Positions 41,607 through 51,525 of a stretch of DNA of 64,000 bases are shown in pieces. The notes under the pieces are model-generated. The model was not told where the DNA came from and searched no databases. It worked only from the letters and a program-made list of their open reading frames with translations. How positions within the stretch are numbered: the stretch's first letter is position 1; each line of letters begins with the position of its first letter. This stretch comes from Polyangiaceae bacterium (GTDB lineage Bacteria; Myxococcota_A; Polyangia; Polyangiales; Polyangiaceae), in assembly GCA_015075635.1 (NCBI GenBank), contig JABTUA010000002.1, forward strand, positions 1,738,708-1,802,707, read 5' to 3'. A program made the translations under genes and the position numbers.

Positions 41607-44600
41607 AGAAGGAAGAGTTCGTTAGCCGCATTCTCGATGGTGTCGCGCCCAAGCCGAAGAAGGCGTCGAAGTCGACTTCGGCCGCTTCGTTCAGCGCAGA
41701 CGATGTCTTCGGCAACGACGACACCACCACGCCCTCGGTTCCGCCGCCCGCCGATACGCGCTTCGCTCAGCTCCTCCTCGAGGAGGTCTTCGCGCACGGT
41801 GAGGCGCAGCCCCGTGACGAGATCGTCCTCGGCGACCAGAGGACCAGCAAGTTCCTGCCGAACGCCGGCATCTACTGGCCGAAGACCAACGAGCGCCCGT
41901 TCCACATCGTGCTCTTCGAGCTCGACAAGAAGGGGCGCGAGCTGCTGGCCGACCCGTTCTTCCGGCAGACCGATCAGCTCGAAGACGCGCTCCACCGCAT
42001 CGTTCAGGACGTCCTCGAGGGCTTCGAGAAGAAGCGCACGGCGTCCGCCCGGCAGGGCGCTCAGACCGAGACCCTCTGCGTCGTCTCCATCGTCGACGAC
42101 CGCGCCTCCTCTGCAGGCCGCCAGATCGTCTGCTTCGGAACCAAGAGCACCACCACCGGCGCCCTCGAGGTGTTCACGCTTCGCGAGGAGGTGCGAGACT
42201 GGGATCGGCCCTTGGCCGAGGAGCACCTCGATCAGCTCTTCAGCCGTCACTTCGAGAAGCTCGCTAGCGGCGCCAAGTGGCAGGACGCCTTCATCACGGG
42301 CGCCGAGCGCAAGAAGATCAAGGACCTCCTCGCGGTCTGCACGCAGGGGAGCCTGCTCGGGATCGCCGAAGAGGAGTTGCGCAAGAAGCTCCGCGACGTG
42401 CTCGACGAGATCGCGGGCTCGTTCGGCATCCACCGCAAGAGCGCGAACCAGAACCGGCGCCTCGACATGATCGAGCTGCCCGTGAACCACGGCATCGGCG
42501 CCGATCCCGTCGAATCGCAGAAGCCAGGCTTCAAGAACCCGCTCCAGGGCGTTCGCATCTACGACCGCAACGAGCGGCTCCTCGGCTTCATCGTGTACGT
42601 CGCCTCGACCAAGGCGAAGGTCGAGCCGCTGCGCGCAGCGCTCGCGAACAACAACCACTTCCACAACGTCCTCGTCATCTACCCCGACAGCGCCGAGCCG
42701 GAGCTGGAGCTCTGGCAGGGCAGCACGCCGCTCCGTGGTCGCCTCACGCGAGGCCCGAAGCGGACTCAGTTCGACGGCGAGGGCGGCGTCGTCCAGCTCC
42801 TCTCGCGCTTCTTCGTCGTCAGCAAGAGCGCCATCGAGAAGCCGAAGCAGCTGGCCACCGAGCTGGCGTGGCGCGCCCAGCATCTGAAGGCGCTGGCCGT
42901 CGAGGAGCTGGAGAAGGAGATCGCGGCGGGCAACGACAGGGGCCCGCTCAAGAAGCTGTTCGACACCTTCAACGCCGCGCTCGCCACGCTCACCGTCGAG
43001 AAGTTCGCCGACGCCTACGCGCAGACGATCACCTACGGCATGTTGGCCGCGCGCTGGATCTCGAGCGACGACGAGAACAAGCCGCTCTTCACGCGCAAGA
43101 ACTTGAAGGACCTGCTCCCCGAGACGAGCGCGTTCTTGAAGGACCTGTTCGACAAGCTGGTCAACAACTCCAACTTCGACAAGAACCTGACCTGGCTTCT
43201 CGACGACATCACCAGCTTGCTCGCGCGCACCTCGGTCAAAGAGGTATTCCAGGACGAGAAGCGCGACCCGTCGATCCACTTCTACGAGGACTTCCTCGAC
43301 GCCTACGACCCGCAGGTACGCAAGGACCAGGGCGTCTACTACACGCCCGACGAGGTGGTCTCGTACATCGTGCGGACCGCGCACGCCTCGCTCCAGAATG
43401 ACTTCGGTCTCCCGCTCGGTCTCGCCGACACGACGGCGTGGGCCGCCTTCGCCAAGGCGAAGAAGCTGTCGGTGCCCGAGGGCGTCGACCCGAAGGCGCC
43501 CTTCGTCCAGGTGCTCGACCCGGCGCTCGGAACGGGCACCTTTATCCTGCGCGTCATCGAGGTCATCCACGAGACGATGCAGGCCGAGTTCAAGAAGCAG
43601 GGGCTCGACGAGGAGGCCGCGCGCAAGGCGTGGGTCAGCTACGTCCGCAAGGACCTCTTGCCGCGCATCAACGGCTTCGAGCTGATGATGGCGCCCTACA
43701 TCGTGAGCCACCTGCGCCTCGGACTCGCGCTGCAGGAGACCGGCTTCACGTTCACGAAGAACGATCGCCTACGTGTGTTCCTCACCAACTCGCTCGAGCC
43801 GCACACGGCAGCTCAGCTCTCATTCATAGGAGAACACGTCGCGGAGGAGGCGAAGGAGGCAGAGCGTGCCAAGAAATCCATCCGCGTCACTGTCGTGGTG
43901 GGCAACCCGCCTTACGCCGGTCACTCGCAGAACAACGGCGAATGGGCGCGAGGCCTTGTCGAGCCGTACCGGAGTATCGGCGGCAAGGCGCTACGCCTCG
44001 CTCAAGGAAAGTGGCTCCAGAACGACTACGTGAAGTTCATCGCGTACGCAGAACGCAGACTTGCTGCGACTGGGTTCGGAGTGCTTGGGTTCATAACCGA
44101 CCACAGCTACTTGGATGGCGACACGTTCCCGGGCCTGAGGCATCACCTCCTGACCACCTTTTCGAACGTGGACGTGCTGAACCTCCACGGGAATCTCGCC
44201 CGCCGCGAAGCTCCCCCCGATGGCGGGGCTGACGACAACGTTTTCAACATCATGCAAGGCGTTGCGATCTTGTGCGCGCGGCGCACTCCGGACGCTGCTG
44301 CCGATGGGTTGGCCACCTTCCGAACCGCTGACTTGTGGGGTGCGCGTGGACCGAAGCTGCAGCGGCTTCGCGCAGCCTTCGAGGGCGTTGCGCCCATCGT
44401 CTGGCTCACCGACGTCCAGCACGATGACCGTTTCCTCTTTCTCGCGACTCGTACGGGCACGGATGCGAGTGTCGAGTTCGCGCAGTTTGATGCCATCGAC
44501 GCGGTGTTCTCCCCCAATGGCAGACCTGCGCCTGGCTTCCTGACCACGCACGACGACTTCGCGATCGCATTCACCCGAGAAGAAATCTCTGACCATGTAA

Positions 44601-45625
44601 CCACGCTGCTCGCCACGAAATCCGAGGCGGACGCGCGCGACCAGTTCAAGCTCTGCACGCAGTCGCAGTGGCAGTACGCCAACGCCAAGAAGGTCCTGGC
44701 TACCGGCGGATGGCGAAAGCAGTTGGTGTCGTGCCTGTACCGTCCCTTCGATGAGCGATGGACGGTCTATGACCCGAGCGTCCTTGTTCATCGCCGAGAG
44801 CGCGTGAACGCCCATCTCCTGGATCCGGGAAACGTCGCCCTCCTCACGACGCGAATGACCAAGGGAGACGACTTCAACCACGTCTTCTTGTCCGACCAGA
44901 TCACAGAGGTCATCAGCCTTTCGTCGAAGACCTCGGCCAACGCGTTCGTGTTCCCGCTGTTCCTCCGCGATCCCGACGGACTCGTGAAGCGCAACCAGCC
45001 CAACATCGACCGCCACGTGGTGGCTGCGTACACCGACATCGCGGGGAAGGCGGCCACGCCCATGGCGATGTTCGAGTACTGGTACGCCGTACTCTCCAGT
45101 CCATCCTACAGACGGCGGTACAACGATCTCCTCATCCGAGAGTTCCCTCGCGTGCCTCGCCCCTCGTCGGCTGAGGTGTTCAAGGCGCTTGGCGAGCACG
45201 GGAAGCGCCTCGTCGAACTGCACCTGCTGAAGACGTCGCCGAAATCGCTCGGGCCCGATGAGGGACTCCAGGGAAAAGGGGACGGAGTCGTCGCGCCTGG
45301 GATGCCGAAGTTCGACGCTAAGGAAGGAAAACTCTGGATCAACACGAAGCAGTGGTTCGGAGGAGTCTCCGCTGCTGTCTGGGGATTCAAGATCGGCAGC
45401 TACGAGGTCTGCAAGAAGTGGCTCTCCGCCCGGCGTGGACGCGCTCTCTCAACTGACGAGTCCCGGAGGTTCGCGCTGGTGCTCAACGCTCTCCGAGAAA
45501 CGATCGAGGAGCAGAGCAAGATCGATCGCACCATCGAGACGTGCGGCGGGTGGCCGGATGCCTTCCGCCTGGTCGGAGGTGCGGCGGCAGCCGCGAGCGT
45601 GCCCCCCGAGGAAGACGATGAGTAA
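41603..45625 (+). CDS. N6-adenine DNA methyltransferase, gamma-class, with type-ISP-like C-terminal specificity region
   Basis: [14 protein letters not shown], motif [14 protein letters not shown], motif [12 protein letters not shown]. The C-terminal [25 protein letters not shown] resembles the type ISP/IIG C-terminal domain. ATGA overlap with the helicase gene. Confidence 0.88.
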   Translation: MKKEEFVSRILDGVAPKPKKASKSTSAASFSADDVFGNDDTTTPSVPPPADTRFAQLLLEEVFAHGEAQPRDEIVLGDQRTSKFLPNAGIYWPKTNERPFHIVLFELDKKGRELLADPFFRQTDQLEDALHRIVQDVLEGFEKKRTASARQGAQTETLCVVSIVDDRASSAGRQIVCFGTKSTTTGALEVFTLREEVRDWDRPLAEEHLDQLFSRHFEKLASGAKWQDAFITGAERKKIKDLLAVCTQGSLLGIAEEELRKKLRDVLDEIAGSFGIHRKSANQNRRLDMIELPVNHGIGADPVESQKPGFKNPLQGVRIYDRNERLLGFIVYVASTKAKVEPLRAALANNNHFHNVLVIYPDSAEPELELWQGSTPLRGRLTRGPKRTQFDGEGGVVQLLSRFFVVSKSAIEKPKQLATELAWRAQHLKALAVEELEKEIAAGNDRGPLKKLFDTFNAALATLTVEKFADAYAQTITYGMLAARWISSDDENKPLFTRKNLKDLLPETSAFLKDLFDKLVNNSNFDKNLTWLLDDITSLLARTSVKEVFQDEKRDPSIHFYEDFLDAYDPQVRKDQGVYYTPDEVVSYIVRTAHASLQNDFGLPLGLADTTAWAAFAKAKKLSVPEGVDPKAPFVQVLDPALGTGTFILRVIEVIHETMQAEFKKQGLDEEAARKAWVSYVRKDLLPRINGFELMMAPYIVSHLRLGLALQETGFTFTKNDRLRVFLTNSLEPHTAAQLSFIGEHVAEEAKEAERAKKSIRVTVVVGNPPYAGHSQNNGEWARGLVEPYRSIGGKALRLAQGKWLQNDYVKFIAYAERRLAATGFGVLGFITDHSYLDGDTFPGLRHHLLTTFSNVDVLNLHGNLARREAPPDGGADDNVFNIMQGVAILCARRTPDAAADGLATFRTADLWGARGPKLQRLRAAFEGVAPIVWLTDVQHDDRFLFLATRTGTDASVEFAQFDAIDAVFSPNGRPAPGFLTTHDDFAIAFTREEISDHVTTLLATKSEADARDQFKLCTQSQWQYANAKKVLATGGWRKQLVSCLYRPFDERWTVYDPSVLVHRRERVNAHLLDPGNVALLTTRMTKGDDFNHVFLSDQITEVISLSSKTSANAFVFPLFLRDPDGLVKRNQPNIDRHVVAAYTDIAGKAATPMAMFEYWYAVLSSPSYRRRYNDLLIREFPRVPRPSSAEVFKALGEHGKRLVELHLLKTSPKSLGPDEGLQGKGDGVVAPGMPKFDAKEGKLWINTKQWFGGVSAAVWGFKIGSYEVCKKWLSARRGRALSTDESRRFALVLNALRETIEEQSKIDRTIETCGGWPDAFRLVGGAAAAASVPPEEDDE

Positions 45626-47546
45626 TGCCCGCTTCTGGTTCGTCCCCCTGAAGGACATCGCGCCCGCCGAGCAGCAAGCCCAGCTCGCCGCGAAGGAGGA
45701 CGTGCGCGCGAGCGACCTGCCCGCGTCGTTCAACGTCCCGTCAAAGCTCCATCAAGAGGGCATTCGCGCGGGCCACGTGCTCGCTCTGCACGACGGCGAC
45801 ACCGTAACGGCGCTCGCGCGCGTGCTGGCGCTAGACAGTGCGAGCTCGCTGCACTGGCGACGCCTACCGATGCTGGAGGCGCCGGAGCTGTCGGCGACGC
45901 CGGAGCTGCGCGAGGTCACAAGCACGGAGGCCCAGCAGTTCAAGGTCGGCATCGACGCCGTCCTTCGCGACGTGCCCGCGAGCAGCGTCGCGACGGCGAC
46001 GCCAACCACCACGGCCGCCTCTGGCGCGCGCTACTGGAAGGTCGCTCCCGGTCGAAACGGCATCGCGTGGCCCGAGTGGCGACAGCGAGGCATCGCGGCC
46101 ATCGGCTGGCCCGACCTCGGCGACATCTCCACGCTCGCCGAGGCTGACTTCCAAGCGCTCTCCAAGGCCAAGTACAACAAGAGCAAGCGCAGCGAGGGGC
46201 CGTACCAGGTGTGGCTGTTCCGCGCGATTCAGCCCGGGGACCGCGTCATCGCCAACAACGGGAGGACGTCGATCCTCGGCGTCGGCACCGTCACCGAGGG
46301 CTACCGGTATCGGCCCGGCGAGCACACCGTCGAGGGCGAGGACTTCCCGCACCAGATCAAGGTGAAGTGGGACGACACCACCGCGCGCGACATCGAGGAC
46401 CAGGCAGACTGGACGCGCACGCTGCGCGAGCTGCCGCAGGAGAAGTTCGAGACGCTCGTCGGCGGTAGCGGAGCCGTCCCGTTCTCGGTCACCGACCCGA
46501 GCAACATCATCCTCTACGGCCCGCCCGGCACCGGGAAGACGTACAACGTGCGAAGGCGCGCCCTCGAGCTGCTGGGCGACGCGACCGCCACCGACGCACC
46601 GAACGATCATGTGCAAGCCGAGTGGGAGCGGCTGCGCCAGGCGGGGCAGATCGTCTTCTGCACGTTCCACCAGGCCTTCGCCTACGAGGAGTTCGTCGAA
46701 GGCCTGCGCGCCATCACCGACGAAGAAGGCGACGTCCACTACCGAGTCGAGCCCGGCATCTTCAAGCGCATCGCCGCCACGGCGGCGCAGCAACGGAAGG
46801 CCGCCTTCGTCCTCGTTATCGATGAGATCAACCGCGCCAATATCGCGCGCGTCTTCGGCGAGCTGATCACGCTGCTCGAACCCGACAAGCGGCTCGGCAA
46901 CCCGAACGAACTGCGCGTGCAGCTCCCGTCGTCGAAGGAGTGGTTCGGCGTGCCGCCGAACCTGCACGTCGTCGGCACCATGAACACCGCCGACCGCTCC
47001 ATCGCGCTGATGGACGTCGCGCTGCGCCGCCGGTTCACCTTCGAGGAGATGATGCCCGACGCCGACGCGCTGAGCGATGCGCTCGCCGAGGCGAACGTCG
47101 ACGAGGCGTTGCGCACGCTTGTCGTCGCGGTGTTCACGAAGCTCAACGAGCGCCTGCGCTACCTCTACGACCGCGAGCACCAGATCGGGCACGCCTACTT
47201 CTTCGGCGTGCGCTCGTTCGATGGTCTGCGTGCCGTCTTCGCCGACTGCATCCTCCCGCTGCTTCAGGAGTACTTCTACGGCCAGTGGGACAAGGTCGCA
47301 CTCGCACTCGGCTACCCGATCAAGGCCGACGGCACGCCGAAGGAGGTGCGCGGCACCGAGCACGGCAGCGGCACCTTCCTCACGACGCAGAAGCTCGACG
47401 AGAAGACCGTGCTGGGCTTCGACCACGACGAGTACGTCGACCAGGTCGCGTGGGACGTGCATCCGGCCTTCCGCCCGCGCGGCAAGGCTGGCGATACGTG
47501 GCTGAAGCAGGCCTTCGAAGAGCTGGTTAGAGCCAAGGGGACCTGA
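45618..47546 (+). CDS. mcrB: McrB-family AAA+ GTPase with two-part N-terminal reader-like region
   Basis: ILYGPPGTGKTY, FHQAFAYEEFVEG, VLVIDEINRANIARVFGELITLLE, VVGTMNTADRSIALMDVALRRRF. 8-nt overlap with the MTase gene. Confidence 0.9.
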   Translation: MSNARFWFVPLKDIAPAEQQAQLAAKEDVRASDLPASFNVPSKLHQEGIRAGHVLALHDGDTVTALARVLALDSASSLHWRRLPMLEAPELSATPELREVTSTEAQQFKVGIDAVLRDVPASSVATATPTTTAASGARYWKVAPGRNGIAWPEWRQRGIAAIGWPDLGDISTLAEADFQALSKAKYNKSKRSEGPYQVWLFRAIQPGDRVIANNGRTSILGVGTVTEGYRYRPGEHTVEGEDFPHQIKVKWDDTTARDIEDQADWTRTLRELPQEKFETLVGGSGAVPFSVTDPSNIILYGPPGTGKTYNVRRRALELLGDATATDAPNDHVQAEWERLRQAGQIVFCTFHQAFAYEEFVEGLRAITDEEGDVHYRVEPGIFKRIAATAAQQRKAAFVLVIDEINRANIARVFGELITLLEPDKRLGNPNELRVQLPSSKEWFGVPPNLHVVGTMNTADRSIALMDVALRRRFTFEEMMPDADALSDALAEANVDEALRTLVVAVFTKLNERLRYLYDREHQIGHAYFFGVRSFDGLRAVFADCILPLLQEYFYGQWDKVALALGYPIKADGTPKEVRGTEHGSGTFLTTQKLDEKTVLGFDHDEYVDQVAWDVHPAFRPRGKAGDTWLKQAFEELVRAKGT

Positions 47547-48934
47547 TGCTGCGCGTGACTGTCCTCGAGCGTGGCCGCATCGTGCGGTCTGACTCCGACG
47601 CCGACAGCGTCGAGCTTGGGACACCTTCGCGCCGCGTGCTGCCCCAGCGCCTGTACGACCGGCTCTATCGCAGCGAGGGCGCTCGCGAAGACCGAGGCGA
47701 GGCGGCGGTGTTTCGCTGGCGGCGTAACCACTGCTTCGTCGGCCCCTGGGTTGGTGTGATGCAGATCCCCGGTTTGCAGCTCGAGATCTTGCCGAAGACC
47801 GACGAGGGCGCGGCGCAGGACAGCGACCAGGATGTCCGCGACATCCGAAGCAACCTGATGGAGATGCTGCTGCGCGGGGGGCTCGGAGCGGTGCGCGCGC
47901 GCGGCATCGCCGACCTCGCCCTCAAGCGCGGCAACCTTCACGATCAGCTCGTCGCCGCCTTCCTCGAGCGCACGCTGTTCGAGCTGCGGCGTGGGCTCGA
48001 TCGCGGCTACGCCACCGAGGAAGACAACCTCGCGACGCTGCGAGGCAAGCTCGTGCTCTCGCGGCACGTGGCGCTGAACGCCGCGCAGAAGGCCCGCTTC
48101 TACTGCCGGCACGACGTGCTCACCGAGGCCACGCAGATCTCCGTGCGGCTCAAGCAGGCGTGCCGCGTGCTCGCCGGCCGCGTGCTGCCCGTGACCGTAC
48201 TGGTGAAGTGCCATCAGGTGCTCGCGCTGCTCGACGACGTGCCCGACCTGCCGTTCCGCCACCGCGAGCCCGACCCGGTGTTCACGCGCCAGAACGAGCG
48301 CTTCGCCGACATCTACGGCTTCGCCTGCATGCTGCTCGAAGGCCAGGCGCCCGACGCGCGCAGCGGCGAGGTCGAGACCTTCTCCCTGCTGTTCGACATG
48401 GAGCAGGTGTTCGAGCGCTACATCGCCGCATTCCTCGCCTCCGAGGTCATGTACCGCTTTGCCGACGCGAGCCTGTTTCCGCAGGCGAAGGGGCAGCGTC
48501 ACAACCTCTACCTCGACGGGCAGGAGAAGGTGCTGCGCATGGCGCCCGACCTCGTATTCGTTCACGAGACGGCGGGTATCGAAGAAGCCAAGACGAAGAC
48601 GCTGATCATCGACACGAAGTGGAAGCGCCTCTCCGAAGAGGATGGCGGTCGCCCGAGCCGATCGGACCTCTACCAGCTCTACGCCTACCTGCACCGCTAC
48701 GACTGCCAGCGCGCGCACCTGCTCTATCCGAAGGCGGCGGGCATCCAGACGCGCGACCTCAATGCACGAGGGCGCAACGACTCGGACGCGGGCACGGTGG
48801 GCGTGCGCTTCGTCGACCTGAACCGGAAGCTCTGGACGCGCGAAGGCAAGACGGCGTTGGCCGACGAGCTCGCGGTCATCGTCCGTGAAGGTCTCGACCT
48901 CGCAGCGGCGGCGCCCGTGGAGGCCACGGCATGA
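47546..48934 (+). CDS. mcrC: McrC-family PD-(D/E)xK nuclease subunit
   Basis: APDLVFVHE...LIIDTKWKRL...DLYQLYAYL. TGATG overlap with mcrB. Confidence 0.85.
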   Translation: MLRVTVLERGRIVRSDSDADSVELGTPSRRVLPQRLYDRLYRSEGAREDRGEAAVFRWRRNHCFVGPWVGVMQIPGLQLEILPKTDEGAAQDSDQDVRDIRSNLMEMLLRGGLGAVRARGIADLALKRGNLHDQLVAAFLERTLFELRRGLDRGYATEEDNLATLRGKLVLSRHVALNAAQKARFYCRHDVLTEATQISVRLKQACRVLAGRVLPVTVLVKCHQVLALLDDVPDLPFRHREPDPVFTRQNERFADIYGFACMLLEGQAPDARSGEVETFSLLFDMEQVFERYIAAFLASEVMYRFADASLFPQAKGQRHNLYLDGQEKVLRMAPDLVFVHETAGIEEAKTKTLIIDTKWKRLSEEDGGRPSRSDLYQLYAYLHRYDCQRAHLLYPKAAGIQTRDLNARGRNDSDAGTVGVRFVDLNRKLWTREGKTALADELAVIVREGLDLAAAAPVEATA

Positions 48935-51525
48935 CCCGCGCTTCCTTCGACGTCCTCGTCACGCGCCTCGCCGAGTCGCCCACGACGTTCAGCGAGCGTG
49001 AGCTGCTCGAGCCCTCGCACTGGAGCCTCGGCGAAGACGCGCGGCTGCGCGAGGACCTGCGCTTCCGCGAGACGCCCTGGGGCCGCTGGATGCTCGCCGA
49101 GGACCTCGTCGTCAACGACGCGGTCTACCGCTGGCTCCACGCCGAGCGGCGCAGCTCGGTCGCGCTCGACGCCGCGCTGAAGCGCGCGGGCGAGGTGTTC
49201 GGGCGCCGCAGCGTGTTCTGCGCCGACGACCCGCGCTTCGTGCTGCGCCACGACGCGGTCCACCTCGCGGCGAGTGAGCTGTCGCGCCAGCCGGTGGTTG
49301 AGGGCAAGATCGGCGATCTTGAGAAGTACCGAACGCACCTGCCGCTCCACAGCCTGAAGGCAGCCGCCGCCTCGGAGCCCGCCGGCGAGTGGGGGAAGCG
49401 TGCGCAGGACCAGGTCATCGAGACGCTCGGCTGGGTGCGCGTCTCGCTGCCCGGGCGTCGGCTCAACGATCGGATGTTCATCGCGGCCATCGAGGGTCAC
49501 AGCATGGACGACGGCAGGAGCGGCCTCGTCGACGGCGGCTACGCGGTCTTCGAGCTCTGGCCGTCGGGCACCAAGCAGAACCTGAGCGTGCTGGTGCGCG
49601 GCGCCTTCTCCGACCCGGAGACCGGCAACTACGCGGTCAAGAAGTACGTGGCCGACCAGCGCGACGAAGAGGGTCGCCACAACAAGGTCTCGCTCGTCTC
49701 GCTGAACCCGAACAAGGAGCGCTACCCGAGCATCGAGCTGCAGCCCGAGGACGACGATGACATCACCGTCGTGGCCAAGGTGGTGCAGGCGCTCTCGACC
49801 GACGACTACGAGCGGCGCCCCAAGGCGAAACGCCGCGTGGGTCGGCGCAACCTCACCGGTGACGAGCAGGCCACGAGGCTCGGCCGTCGCGTGGCGTCGT
49901 TCTTCGATGGCACCGCGCCCGAGGCCGACGACGAGGGCGCGACCACGGCGACGAGCACCGGCTGGCAGACGCGGCTCGTGTGCCTCGACATCGCCGCTGG
50001 CGGTCTGCAGCTCGAGGTCGGCCCGCTCGATGGTCTCCCGACGTTCGTGAAGAAGCTGCGCGTCGTGGGCACGGAGTGGGATGGCTTCGTGCTGTCGGCG
50101 AACGCCAAGACGCGCCCGACGCGCGCGGCGGTACGTCCTGGAACGGGCCCGTGGCGCTGGGAGGCTGTGGGCTTTGAGGAGGAGCACGACCTCGGCCTCG
50201 ACAAGCTCGCCCTCGACGCGCTCGACGTAATGGCGCCCACCGTGTTCCGCGTCGATGCCGACGGCGTCGGCCAGCGCATCAAGAGCACGACCCTCGCGCT
50301 CGAGCAGGCCTACCGGTTGCTGCTCCCGCCGAACGTCGGAGATGACCTCGGCACCGAGCTGGATGGCGGCTGGCGTATCTGGTCGCTCGACCTCGCGGCG
50401 CAGCTCGCGCCCGCGACGCGGCAGATGCTGTTCACGCTCGGGCTTGATGTCGGTGAGGCGTGGCCGCGACTGGAGTGGGCGCTGGCTCCGGCTTCCGCGT
50501 GGCACACCAACCCGCGCGGCGAGAGCTACCCCGTCTTCGAAGTGGGCACGGAACTGCTCGTGAACGTGGGCAGCGTCGCGGTGGAGGATGGCGACGAGGC
50601 TGTGCTGTTCCTCCACGGCCCCTCGGGGACCGAGCGCCTGCCGCTGCCGTCGAGCGGCCTCGTCTCGCTGGGCGCGCCCGCAGCAGGGCGCTGGGCCTGC
50701 GCGCTCGTGCACTCGCGCACCAGCGTGCAGCCCGCGTCGCTGCTCTTCGAGGTCGCGGAGGACGCGCTTGAGGATATCGCTGCGTCGTACTCGGCGGTCG
50801 CCCACAGCGGACTGGCTTCGCTCGAAGCGGCGGCACCGCCCGGCTGGCCCGTCACGCTGCGCTGGCGCGTCTTCGCCGCCCACGAGGAGCTGCTGGCGAC
50901 CGTCTACGGCAACGAAGACGGGACGGTGCCGGTCGACGGCGATGTCGCGGAGACGATCAAGACCCGCGCCGCGCGGAGTCGCATCGCCGACCTCCTGATC
51001 GACTTCGGCGAGTTGGGGCGACGCATCCTCGCCCACGACGGCCGCGCGTCGTTGAAGCAGGTGCGTGAGCAACTCACGGCCCTCTGGCAGCAGTGCTCCG
51101 GCCTCGTGCAGAGCCGCAAGGGCGCGTGGCTCCAGCTCAGGAAGCCGTGGTTCGAGCCCGTCACGGAGCTCTTCGGTTACGGCCTCGAGGAGGCGACGCT
51201 GCTCGCCGACGTCGAGGCTCCTCATGACCTCACCGCGTGGGGTCTCACGGTCGACGAGCGCATGATGGGCAGCATCACGCGCTCGCCCTCGCGTGTCCTC
51301 GTGCTCACCACGGACCTTGACGCCGTGCTGCGCGACCACCGCACGTGGATCGACAGCGCGTGCTCGGCAGCGAAGGTGCGTGACGCCATCATCACCGATG
51401 GCGCCCGCTGGACGACGCACCGCAAGGGCAGCCAGCAGCTCAAGCAGCAGGTGTGGAGCCTCGATCACGCCATCGGGCTCGGCAGCATCGACGAGATGCT
51501 CGGCGACCTCGCGGAGAATCTGTGA
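48931..51525 (+). CDS. S24 (LexA/UmuD-like) domain protein fused to a ~554-aa unknown C-terminal module
   Basis: HLPLHSLKAAAASEPAGEWG...AAIEGHSMDD...YAVKKYV...ITVVAKVV fits the S24 Ser-Lys fold. The C-terminal module (from 49861) is paralogous to the C-terminus of the next gene. Confidence 0.8.
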   Translation: MTRASFDVLVTRLAESPTTFSERELLEPSHWSLGEDARLREDLRFRETPWGRWMLAEDLVVNDAVYRWLHAERRSSVALDAALKRAGEVFGRRSVFCADDPRFVLRHDAVHLAASELSRQPVVEGKIGDLEKYRTHLPLHSLKAAAASEPAGEWGKRAQDQVIETLGWVRVSLPGRRLNDRMFIAAIEGHSMDDGRSGLVDGGYAVFELWPSGTKQNLSVLVRGAFSDPETGNYAVKKYVADQRDEEGRHNKVSLVSLNPNKERYPSIELQPEDDDDITVVAKVVQALSTDDYERRPKAKRRVGRRNLTGDEQATRLGRRVASFFDGTAPEADDEGATTATSTGWQTRLVCLDIAAGGLQLEVGPLDGLPTFVKKLRVVGTEWDGFVLSANAKTRPTRAAVRPGTGPWRWEAVGFEEEHDLGLDKLALDALDVMAPTVFRVDADGVGQRIKSTTLALEQAYRLLLPPNVGDDLGTELDGGWRIWSLDLAAQLAPATRQMLFTLGLDVGEAWPRLEWALAPASAWHTNPRGESYPVFEVGTELLVNVGSVAVEDGDEAVLFLHGPSGTERLPLPSSGLVSLGAPAAGRWACALVHSRTSVQPASLLFEVAEDALEDIAASYSAVAHSGLASLEAAAPPGWPVTLRWRVFAAHEELLATVYGNEDGTVPVDGDVAETIKTRAARSRIADLLIDFGELGRRILAHDGRASLKQVREQLTALWQQCSGLVQSRKGAWLQLRKPWFEPVTELFGYGLEEATLLADVEAPHDLTAWGLTVDERMMGSITRSPSRVLVLTTDLDAVLRDHRTWIDSACSAAKVRDAIITDGARWTTHRKGSQQLKQQVWSLDHAIGLGSIDEMLGDLAENL

